64,000 nt of DNA from Rebecca billardiae RCC1528 (taxonomy: Eukaryota > Protista > Haptophyta). Positions 1-8,840 of the stretch are shown piece after piece. The stretch is from assembly GCA_965240325.2 (NCBI GenBank), contig OZ251229.1:806001-870000 (forward strand). The letters are read 5' to 3'. Within the stretch, counting starts at the first letter, position 1. Each line of letters opens with the position of its first letter. A model generated the notes under the pieces. The model searched no databases. It was given only the letters and a program-made list of their open reading frames with translations, and was not told where the DNA came from. The translations under genes were made by a program, and so were the position numbers.

Positions 1-139
1 TACTTGCCCGTCATCGGCGACGCCAGAGTCGCCATCGGACTCCAGAGTACGTGGCACTTGCGCAGGCCGAATCATCGTAATAACGCCTGCTTATAGATCG
101 AAGGCTAAGTCCTAACGACTAACGTAAACGGTAAGCTTG

Positions 140-509
140 ACTAATTCTATGATTTAACTCTTAGTTCGACACACTACACAGTACACCGAGTGTACACAGG
201 CATGAGGGCGCGCAGCTCTCCGGCCTTAGAATCCTGCTTAGATTCGTCTGTCGAAGTACGGATGATTGGAGGCTGACGGAGCCAGGATGCTGACTCACAG
301 CTAGTGAGTAGTGAGCTGCTGAGTCGCCCTCGGCCTCCGCGCGGACTGGCGGAGCGCGTTGGCCGTGGGTGAGTTCGAGGAGTCAGGAGGGTCTTATCCG
401 GAGGGAGCCGTCGCCGATGCTGATCACACGGAGGAAGTGGGCGCCCAGGGATATGCCGCGGTATTATTTGCAGTCGTCGCCGGCCTTGGTCATCATGTAT
501 AGTTGCCCG
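140..509 (-). repeat. Dispersed repeat copy (inverted paralogue of 13332-13558), inflated by many small insertions
   Basis: Reverse complement shares collinear blocks with 13332-13558: GGCAACTA..ATGATGACCAAGGCCG, CCCTGGGCGCC, CCGTGTGATCAGCATCGG, GGCCAACGCGCTCCG, GTACTTCGACAGACGAATC, GAGAGCTGCG and the terminal TTAAATCATAGAATTAGT. Confidence 0.85.
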
Positions 510-827
510 AACTACGCCTCATGGACGAAGTTTTATATTAAATTTTTAATTATTATAATAATAACATATTATAATAATATCTGAACTACATATATTATTA
601 TAAGAATTGTAGTTTTTCTCGTCGGATTACTACAGTTCAGTTCATGGCCCTCCGCAGCGATCGGGTACAGCCACTCGCGGCTCGCCCCCAGAGATACATA
701 TGTGCACACGTACCCTGCCTGCCATCACCCTGGCAGTGCCGAGCCCTGAATTCTGTGAACGTGCCGGCACGGTCCTTCCACCGCGGACCGACAGAGGATA
801 GCTCCACGGCACTGCACCTTGACTGCA

Positions 828-1327
828 TCACCCATCCGACGTGTCTGTCTCGTTGACGTCACCCGCAGCCTCTTTCGCTGATTCTGCTGCTGCGGCCGTG
901 CTCGTTGCGTGCACCACGACGGGCACAATGATGATGAGGAGAAGCACGATGACGATGAATGCGATCAGCGCATTCATCTTTGCGTTCTTCATGCACATGT
1001 TTTTCTTCACCTGGTTGCTGCGCTTGTAGAACTTCTTCGACTCCTCGGTCAGGCTAGCTGCGCGCCGGAGCGCGAGACGCGGGCGCACGCCTCAGCACGG
1101 CACGGCACGCGCGCGTGCGCGTGTTCGCGGCACAAGCGAGTGCGCGCGCGCGCACCAGCCTTGTCTTCCAGGACCTCCGCCTTTTCGTAGTTGGAGAGCA
1201 TCTGGCTGACGTTATCCCTCATCACCCCCTGCACCTCCTCGACCTGCAGCTGCACCTCCTGCACCCTGTTTATTTCCGATGGGCCTCCGGCCCCCCCTTG
1301 CCCCGGCGGCGGCGGCATCGCGGCCAT
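828..1327 (-). CDS. Synaptobrevin/VAMP-type R-SNARE (brevin, no longin domain); exons 1327-1156 and 1057-828
   Basis: Spliced product MAAMPPPP...VQLQVEEVQGVMRDNVSQMLSNYEKAEVLEDKA|ASLTEESKKFYKRSNQVKKNM..-TM(LIAFIVIVLLLIIIVPVVV). A GT-AG intron at 1155-1058 restores the SNARE heptads. The usual zero-layer R(GEKL) position appears to read N(YEKA). Confidence 0.88.
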
Positions 1328-1420
1328 GGCGGCTGTGTTTGGCGGCGGCTGGGCCAAGCAAGGGTGGTCTTTTAGATCTAGAGCGCCCCAGCTTTCCAGC
1401 TTCCGGAACCGCAGTCGGTA

Positions 1421-2540
1421 CAAGGGTAGTAAGGGTGAGCAACTCCGCTGGCGACAGCCGCGAAGGTCGGGAGCCCTCTGTTCAAGTGCCGCGAGCGGAG
1501 CGGAGCGAGTACTATCAGCGGCGGAGGGCGCTGAGGCCGCGCACGGCGTGAGGCGCGGCGTCGGCCGAGTCGGTCCGCGGAGGATGCGCGGCGCTCGGCC
1601 CGCTGCGCAGCGGTAGTGCGCCTCACTTTGCCCCGAGCGCCGTCCTCCGCGTCGCCTCCTTCCCGCCTTGGAGCAGCACGCATGTGCGCGCCGCCACCCG
1701 TTGAAGGCGGCACGGGCTTGCTCAGACGACCGCGCGCGCATGGCGCGCGACTTGGTCGGCTGCGCGCGCGCGCTGCCGCGGTGCAAGGTAGCGCCGCCGC
1801 ATGCGCGCGCCGTGCCCGCGCGAGAGCGTGTGCGCCGACCTGAGTGCGACCTCACACACATGTCGAATGCTGCCTTGGCATCCGACTTGCCGACTGACGG
1901 GAAGCTGGAAAAGACAGCGGCGTGAGTGTTGGTACCATCGATGCGGAGCCTTAGCGTCCACTTGCATTCGTGCTGAGAATGTATAGACAAGACTAGGCCT
2001 TCATCCTGGGTATCCAATGTCACTAAACACCTCGCTGATCGACCCGACGAGTGCCAGCGTGAGGCACAGCGAATCATTCGAGTGAGAGCAAGCAGACAAG
2101 CGAGCACTACGCTCATGAGATCGCCGTGAGCAAAGGCTCGCGCGGGCACGGCGCGGGCATGCGGCGGCGCTACCTTGCACCGTGGCAGCGCGCGCGCGCA
2201 GCCGACCAAGTCGCGCGCCATGCGCGCGCGGTCGTCTGAGCAAGCCCGTGCCGCCTTCAACGGGTGGCGGCGCGCACATGCGTGCTGCTCCAAGGCGGGA
2301 AGGAGGCGACGCGGAGGACGGCGCTCGGGGCAAAGTGAGGCGCACTACCGCTGCGCAGCGGGCCGAGCGCCGCGCATCCTCCGCGGACCGACTCGGCCGA
2401 CGCCGCGCCTCACGCCGTGCGCGGCCTCAGCGCCCTCCGCCGCTGATAGTACTCGCTCCGCTCCGCTCGCGGCACTTGAACAGAGGGCTCCCGACCTTCG
2501 CGGCTGTCGCCAGCGGAGTTGCTCACCCTTACTACCCTTG
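1421..2540. mobile_element. Non-autonomous DNA transposon with ~404-bp TIRs and 7-bp TSD (P- or foldback/MULE-like)
   Basis: 1421-1824 is the reverse complement of 2137-2540 (2 mismatches seen). Termini CAAGGGTAGTAAGGG...CCCTTACTACCCTTG. GTCGGTA directly flanks both ends (1414-1420, 2541-2547). Confidence 0.92.
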
Positions 2541-2647
2541 GTCGGTAGTAGGGAGTCCGGCGCGGTGCCACACGGGCGGGCGGGTGCGGCCTTGACTCTC
2601 AACTCGGCCGTGTCTCGGGACGGCCCTTGCTCGGGCGCGGGTCGGGC

Positions 2648-3367
2648 ATGGCGGCAGCGCCGAGCGGGAACGCCCCGCTGACGGCGGTTGGCGTGGACAC
2701 GGGGGACGCATCGCGCAAGGTGTACCTGCTCAAGGTGCCCGAGCATGTCTTCGCCGCGTGCACAGCGGCAAAGGCGGGCGAGCACATGGGCGAGGTCGAG
2801 ATTGGCATACCCACCAACGGCTCGGCCTCCGAGCCAGTGCCCATGCGCTTCTCGTTGCCGGCGCTCCCTGCGGGCGAGGAGATGACTGAGCCCGCGAAGT
2901 GCGAGGTGCGGGTGCAGCCGCGGCAAAGGGAACCCATCTACGCCTTCTCCGAGCGCAAGAGTGGGATGTTCGCGTCTGGCACCATTGTGTCCAACGGTGT
3001 GATGCAGGTCCCGCTCGGCGCCGCGCGGCTCAGCATGCTGCAGAAGCGCAAGGAGGCGGCCGAGAAGCCGAAGCGGATGCTGCAGCAGACCGAGCACACG
3101 AGAAAGACGGCCATTGCCGCGGTCGACCACACGCGCGCCGCCAAGGCTCCGAGGATCATCAGGCAGAAAATGCCGGAGGAGGATCTGCGCGCGAAGCTGC
3201 TCGAGCTCTTCACCAAGGACAGGCCGCTCTGGAAAGCAAAGGACCTCGAGGCGGCGACGATGCAGGCACCCGAGCACCTCAAGAAGGTGCTTGAGCAGAT
3301 CTGTGACTATCACACCTCGGGGGAGCAACGCACTATGTGGGAGCTCAAGCAGCAGTACCGCGGCTGA
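2648..3367 (+). CDS. GTF2F2: General transcription factor IIF beta subunit (RAP30/Tfg2)
   Basis: N-terminal RKVYLLKVPEHV and C-terminal winged helix LLELFTKDRPLWKAKDLEAATMQAPEHLKKVLEQIC...TMWELKQQYR match the RAP30 motifs (VWLVKVP; WELKPEYR). Confidence 0.9.
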   Translation: MAAAPSGNAPLTAVGVDTGDASRKVYLLKVPEHVFAACTAAKAGEHMGEVEIGIPTNGSASEPVPMRFSLPALPAGEEMTEPAKCEVRVQPRQREPIYAFSERKSGMFASGTIVSNGVMQVPLGAARLSMLQKRKEAAEKPKRMLQQTEHTRKTAIAAVDHTRAAKAPRIIRQKMPEEDLRAKLLELFTKDRPLWKAKDLEAATMQAPEHLKKVLEQICDYHTSGEQRTMWELKQQYRG

Positions 3368-3955
3368 GGGCGCGTTGTTCATCTCCGCAGATGATCGAGG
3401 CGTCACCGGTGACGTTTATGCATCGTGGTCGGTGCCTGGCGATCAATGAAGCCTGCGAAGACGAAGCTCGAGCGATCGCAGGGACCGGGGTCGGACGTCG
3501 CTCGCCGAGGCTGCTGCTGCGTAGCCGCTGCGAGTGTGACGAGGGTGTATCTGTGCGGCACAGCCCGCAGCCGCCACGGGTGCCGCCCGAGCCGCGAGCG
3601 GTGCCACCCGTCCCAGCCCCCTACATCAAGGCTCCCTGGTATTGAAAAATACCCGCAGCTATTCGTTGCCAGCCCATTTCATAGTCACTGAGCTCAAAAG
3701 ACATGCCGTCGGCATGTTTTGAGCCCGCTGAGCCGAAGACGGGCTCAGGAGTCAGGGGCTTTCTGGGACGGGTGGCCTGATGATTATTGATTGACTCGCT
3801 CCGCTCGACGACGACGGTCGTCACGGCGTCACTCTGTCTCTGACTCAAGGTTTAATCCTCGGGATCCGTAGCAATAATATATATATATATATAGTGCCAT
3901 ATATACGGCGTTTACTACTCGCGGTCTTAGTACTGAGTATGAGTCTCAGTCATCA

Positions 3956-5298
3956 ATAGGGTGAAAATCCCATTTTCTGGCTGTCCGGGCGGAAAATCCG
4001 GCTGCTCAGATCTGACCGGACCGGGACCCGGACAGCACAGTATCTAGGGACCAGACACTTTTACATCTTCGTTCTCTTCGGATTTGAGCATGGGGCGGCG
4101 CCCCATTTGCACAGTCAAAAGACCGCGGGTGTAAAAGCAACCGTTGTCGAGTTCGATGTAGCGGCTGGGCGAATTAGTGAATTAAAAAACAATTCACGAG
4201 ACACTTGCGCCCACGGCCGCGATGGCGTGCGCCGTCCACCCACGACGGAGTCGTGGACGGACATCGCTACACAGCCTACGCGACAGGCGTTGTCGTGATC
4301 GAGGTGCCCGTGCCCGTTGTCGATAGCCAAATGATTGGCACGACGACCTGGCACCACATCCGCGTCAAAGCGCGGCGAGGCCGTGGTCCAGCGCGTGTGC
4401 GGAAAGCTGGCCGATGTGCGGACGGCGTCGGGTGGCGCAGGGGCTCCTGCCGATGCTACCTGGCGGCTGCTGCGGAGCCTGCTGCCGTGGTCGAGCCTGA
4501 TGCAGAGGGCGAGTCAACCGCGGAGCAGCTCAACGCTTCCGAGATCGAGCTGCGCGCGGTCGGACCAGATGACGGCCCGCGGCCGTCCAAGCGCACACGC
4601 AAGGACGCCTGAGCAGACGCGTTCAGTCCGAGCAAAGCCTGGTCGGCGTACGAGCGCGAGCCAGCTCAGACACGGCACGAGCGCACGCGTGACGGCTCGT
4701 ACGATGAGCTCGTCGGCTTGGTCACCGGGCTGCCGTCGCTCGTCGCCTCGCTTGTCACGTCACACTCAGCTGAGCAGAGACATCACTCCCGCCGTTCAGC
4801 TGATCGACGAGGACGAGGCGGCCAAGACGGCGGCGGCTCAAACGCCTGGAGGAGGAGCGCAGGAGGAGGAGGAGCTCCCAGCGCTGAGCCTGTGGGGCCG
4901 CGCCGAGGCCAGGCACCGCGGCCAGCGGCTGCAAGCGGGTGGCGGCCGGACAGCAGCTCGGCGGCACACGCTCACTCATACGTCGATCCTCTTGCTCGAG
5001 AGTCGAGGCGGCGGGCAAGGTGCAGGCCGCACGCGAGCTTGCTGAGCGCGCGCAGGCCGAGCCGCAGCTGAGCCCCGAGGGTGCTCGGGACGCCGCGTGC
5101 GCAAGCAGGCCGCCTCGCAGCAAATGGTGCTTCGCAGCATAATAACTATGCTGATACACCCGGAAAAATTTTCGTCGCACTGCGTGCGCTTTTCCCCCTT
5201 TATTATTATATTTACTTTATTCCTTATTCGCGTATTAAATGCCGCTTTTCCGCCTCCCCAGTGCAGAAGTGCGCCAGAAAATGGGAATTCCACCCAAT
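3956..5298 (+). mobile_element. Internally deleted hAT-like DNA transposon
   Basis: Imperfect 26-bp TIRs ATAGGGTGAAAATCCCATTTTCTGGC / GCCAGAAAATGGGAATTCCACCCAAT. Perfect 8-bp TSD AGTCATCA at 3948-3955 and 5299-5306. Internal frame ~4335-4430 (ARR..SASKRGEAVVQRVCGKLADVRT) weakly resembles the hAT dimerisation motif. Confidence 0.82.
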
Positions 5299-6280
5299 AG
5301 TCATCAGCGCCTGAGTCCGGTGCCTAGTGCCTGCCACCGACTGACCGAGTGGCCGCCAGTCGCGGACCGAGTAGTTAGCTTACCGTTGCTGCGCATTATT
5401 ATTAAATCAGATATGACTACCAATCGTCATGGCGGTCCGGTCCGGGCAGATCGCCATCAGCCATCAGGCATCACCATTCACCGCCCCTGAGTCCTGACCC
5501 TGTGGGTGAGTGCGGGTCGCCCGCGCCCGCGCGGCCGCGCCCGCGGACGCGGTCGGTCAGTCAGAGAATCCGGGCCGGTCCGCGAGTCCGCGAGTCCGCG
5601 AGCGCGTCGACCGATCGCGGCGTCTCCGCCCGATGGTCGGGCGATGCATGAAGTGGCCGATCATCGGCGACGATCGATCGAATCTATGAATCTATCGCGG
5701 AGCGCCCGAGCGGCGGAGCAGACCCTTGGCATCCCTTCGCGCCGTCAGGCTCCAGGCACTCGGCGCGGTGCGCGGGTGCGGCTGCTGTACCGTTGCCGTT
5801 GGCGGTCAGACATCAATCAGTCCGACAGTCCGTTGAGACCGTTCGCGCGGAATCGCGTCCTCGCGGACCGGGATGCCTACTGTCTGATCCCTATGGCTAT
5901 GCTGGGCGATATATTAATATATATTATTCGTCATTAGTATTGGGACCGCGCGCAGGCCCGTTTCAAGCTGTCTTTTATATCAAGGGATGTCCGAATGTCG
6001 GATCACTGCTCCGACTTACGACTACCGAGCTGCTCCGATCAGACGCCAGACGGTCGACGCCGTCGACGGATGTCGCCGGGATGCGGAGTGAGTCACGCGG
6101 GGTCAGTCACGCCAGTCACTCGGTGCGCGGGCCAGTGGAGCCAGACTGGCGGCGGCTGCGAGTGCGCGGGGCTGCGGCACGGAGTCGGAGACACGGACCC
6201 ATTGCCATCGGCCTGGAGGCGGGCTGGACCTGGTGCCATCGGGCATCGGCCAACCGCGCCGTGCCGAGTATCGGAGACCT

Positions 6281-7327
6281 TTATTTATTCGACTCCGCCG
6301 CCCCCTCCTCCGCGCTGAATCGGTCGCGCACCGCGAGCGCTTGCCGTATGACCGCGGAGAGCCGTGCGGGGTCCGCTATGACGTCGTCGCATTCAGGCGG
6401 TAGCAGCGAGCCCGCATTCAGCAGCGCGCGCTGCACGTTTGTGCGCGGAGCTGCGCGCGGAGTGCCCGGCGATTTTGCGCCCAGGGCCTGGGCACCTGCC
6501 ACAGCGCTTCCCGTGGCGATAGTTGGCGCTCCCCGCGCACTCGCAGCCAGCCGCTGCACTTTGGCGGGCGGCTCGGCTGGCAGCTCGTCGTCGCTGGCAC
6601 CCAGCGGCTCGTCCTCATCCTCGAAGAGCACGTGCTCCAGTTTGCTGGGCGGGAAGGGCGCCGCGTCGGCGTCGTCCTCTTCCCCCACCACCTCGTCAGG
6701 CACGGGCGTTGAGTGAGAGCCGCCGTCGTCGTGGGCGGGCGCGCCCTCGCCTGTCGGATCGTCCCAGTAGCCGGGCGGCAGGGTCATCGCATCGCGCATG
6801 GCCTCTTCAGCCCCCGCCGCCCCCGCCGCGGCCTGTTGCTCGGCGTCGCGGGTGCCGAGCTTGTTCGCCTCTGTGTTCTTGTGTGTGCTCAGCATGCCAC
6901 TCGTGCCGGCCTGCCAGCCGACCAGCTTCTCGCCGTCGAGCGCGGCACGCTGCGCGAAGTAGCGCTCCTGTGACTCGGCGCGTGTCATCTTCACCTCCTC
7001 CGAGGCGAGCTCCTTCGCGTCGAGGGTGATCAGCTTCTCGATCGACAGCTCTCGCGCGCGCACGCGCTTGCCGAGCATCGGGTTCTTGTCATCCTTCAGG
7101 TTGAAGAGGAGGGTCCGGTACTTGGAGCGGTAGTCCTTCCCCGTGCCACCGTACTTCTCCAGCATCGCGCTCTCGATCTCCTCGGCGAGGGAGGTGAGAG
7201 CATTCACCTCCTCGTCCGAGGTAGGCGGGTCGCGCCCGCCGAGCGCCTCGGCGAGGCCGATCGACACCTTTGAACGAATGGTCGCGTCCACGGCCGGCGG
7301 CGCGGGGTTCGGCGCAGGCTGAGCCAT
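6281..7327 (-). CDS. TFIIS central (M) domain-containing protein
   Basis: IRSKVSIGLAEAL...LAEEIESAMLEKYGGTGKDYRSKYRTLLFNLKDDKNPMLGKRV..ELSIEKLITLDAKELASEEVK is a canonical TFIIS_M domain. No C-terminal Zn ribbon is visible. ATG at 7327. Confidence 0.85.
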   Translation of the reverse strand: MAQPAPNPAPPAVDATIRSKVSIGLAEALGGRDPPTSDEEVNALTSLAEEIESAMLEKYGGTGKDYRSKYRTLLFNLKDDKNPMLGKRVRARELSIEKLITLDAKELASEEVKMTRAESQERYFAQRAALDGEKLVGWQAGTSGMLSTHKNTEANKLGTRDAEQQAAAGAAGAEEAMRDAMTLPPGYWDDPTGEGAPAHDDGGSHSTPVPDEVVGEEDDADAAPFPPSKLEHVLFEDEDEPLGASDDELPAEPPAKVQRLAASARGAPTIATGSAVAGAQALGAKSPGTPRAAPRTNVQRALLNAGSLLPPECDDVIADPARLSAVIRQALAVRDRFSAEEGAAESNK

Positions 7328-7549
7328 GGAACGAAGTCGAGCGTGCTGCGCAGCTGGGTAGGTGCCCCGCCGCGCTTGCGGGCTTGGCTGGGATCTAGCG
7401 CGCGACGGACGTTCGTGCGCGGCGCGCCAGCTGCGTCGGGCGGTGTCGCTGGCACGCAGCCGCCACTGCGTGGGTCCCAGCAAAGGACTGCTGCGCCACC
7501 GGCCCGGGCGGTAAAGTCCGGACCGGCTAGGACTCATTCGCGCTTTGCA

Positions 7550-8245
7550 ATGGCGACCGCGCCCGAGGCCACGCTGTACTTTGACGGCGGCTCGGCGCCA
7601 AACCCTGGCAGGGGGGGCGCCGGTGCGCATCTGGTGGACGCATCGGGCGCCGACATATGGGAGGGGGCCTTTTTCGTCGGCGAGAAGGTCACGAACAATC
7701 ACGCCGAATACGTCGGACTGTGCCGAGGGCTCGAAGCCGCCGCGCAGCTCGCGCTAAGTCGAGTTGCCGTCCTGGGCGACTCCGAGCTCGTCATCAAGCA
7801 GATGCGCGGAGAGTATGCTGTACGCTCGGCCAGCCTGCGACCATTGTTTGAGCGCGCCCGCGGGCTTGTTCGGCAGATCGGGCGGTGCACGTTCTCGCAC
7901 ATACCGCGCGCGCGTAACGCGCGCGCAGATGCGCTGGCCGGACGAGGGCGGACCATGCGCGACACGGAGAACGTCGACGGGCCTCCGCGAGGCGCGCCAG
8001 TTGCTGATCGAGGCGCTTCTCGCGACGCTCCTCGAAGCACCGCTGCGCACGCCAGCCCGATCGACCTCACGGCGGATGAAGATGTGCAGATGGGCGCTGG
8101 GCAGGGCGCCGGCCGCGTGCCCGACGCTTCTGCCTTCAGCCCGAAGCAGGCGCGAAGCCGCAAAGATCGCGCGCGGGTGGCGGAGGCACTCCCTGCAGAA
8201 GCACAGGGCGACGCCTCGCGACCTTTGAAGCGTTCCCGTCACTGA
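7550..8245 (+). CDS. Ribonuclease HI, archaeal/actinobacterial-like type
   Basis: LYFDGGSAPNPGRGGAG, TNNHAEY, GDSELVIKQMRGEY and HIPRARNARADALA give the D-E-D-D catalytic set, with Arg in place of the E. coli-type His. Confidence 0.92.
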   Translation: MATAPEATLYFDGGSAPNPGRGGAGAHLVDASGADIWEGAFFVGEKVTNNHAEYVGLCRGLEAAAQLALSRVAVLGDSELVIKQMRGEYAVRSASLRPLFERARGLVRQIGRCTFSHIPRARNARADALAGRGRTMRDTENVDGPPRGAPVADRGASRDAPRSTAAHASPIDLTADEDVQMGAGQGAGRVPDASAFSPKQARSRKDRARVAEALPAEAQGDASRPLKRSRH

Positions 8246-8840
8246 GCTGGTCCGTACGCATCTGGAACCGCAGCCTTCAGAGTGTCAGAAGGGCTCGGAC
8301 CGGAGTCCGGTCTCGGCGGTCTCCGCGGACGTCGCGCGGGCGGCAGGACGGCGGGGACCGGCCCAGGGGACCGTGATCTCACTGGGTCACGGCTCCGCGC
8401 GCCTTTGGCACGTCAATCGGAAAGGCCGGGGCTGGCACGTCTTCGACGCTGATGGCCAAACCAAGGCCAATGGGCCAATGCAAGGGGCAAAGGAAACTGT
8501 TTTAGGAAACTCTCTTTCATGAGGGCATCTGACTGACACAGTGACACTCTGACAGTTCTTGAGCGTGTCCGGGCCTGTCCGGGAGGAAGTTTACAACCAA
8601 CGCCACGACGTCTAACTAACGGCAAAACTGAAAGGAACTCGCATCGCAAAAGTGCTGGCAGCGGCGGGCCGGGCCACGGCGGGACGGGTGGCCACTCTCA
8701 GGAGTGAGCGCCACCGCGAGACGCCGACGCGCTACCGCTGTCGTCGCCGACGTGCCGAGCTGATCGTGGCCTCGTGCGACTGAACGCGGAACAAAGGGTC
8801 CCGGTCAGAGCAGCCTCCGAGGCAGCGCGCACTGTGAGCC

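Noticed and set aside
1049-2681. ORFs of 414, 168 and 137 aa spanning the long inverted repeat
   Set aside because: They are mirror translations of the TIRs with no transposase motifs; only the 3' part of the 414-aa ORF is real (SNARE exon 1).
7550-8245. RNase H as a remnant of an LTR retrotransposon
   Set aside because: No RT, integrase, gag or LTRs nearby; intact ORF in a normal divergent gene pair.
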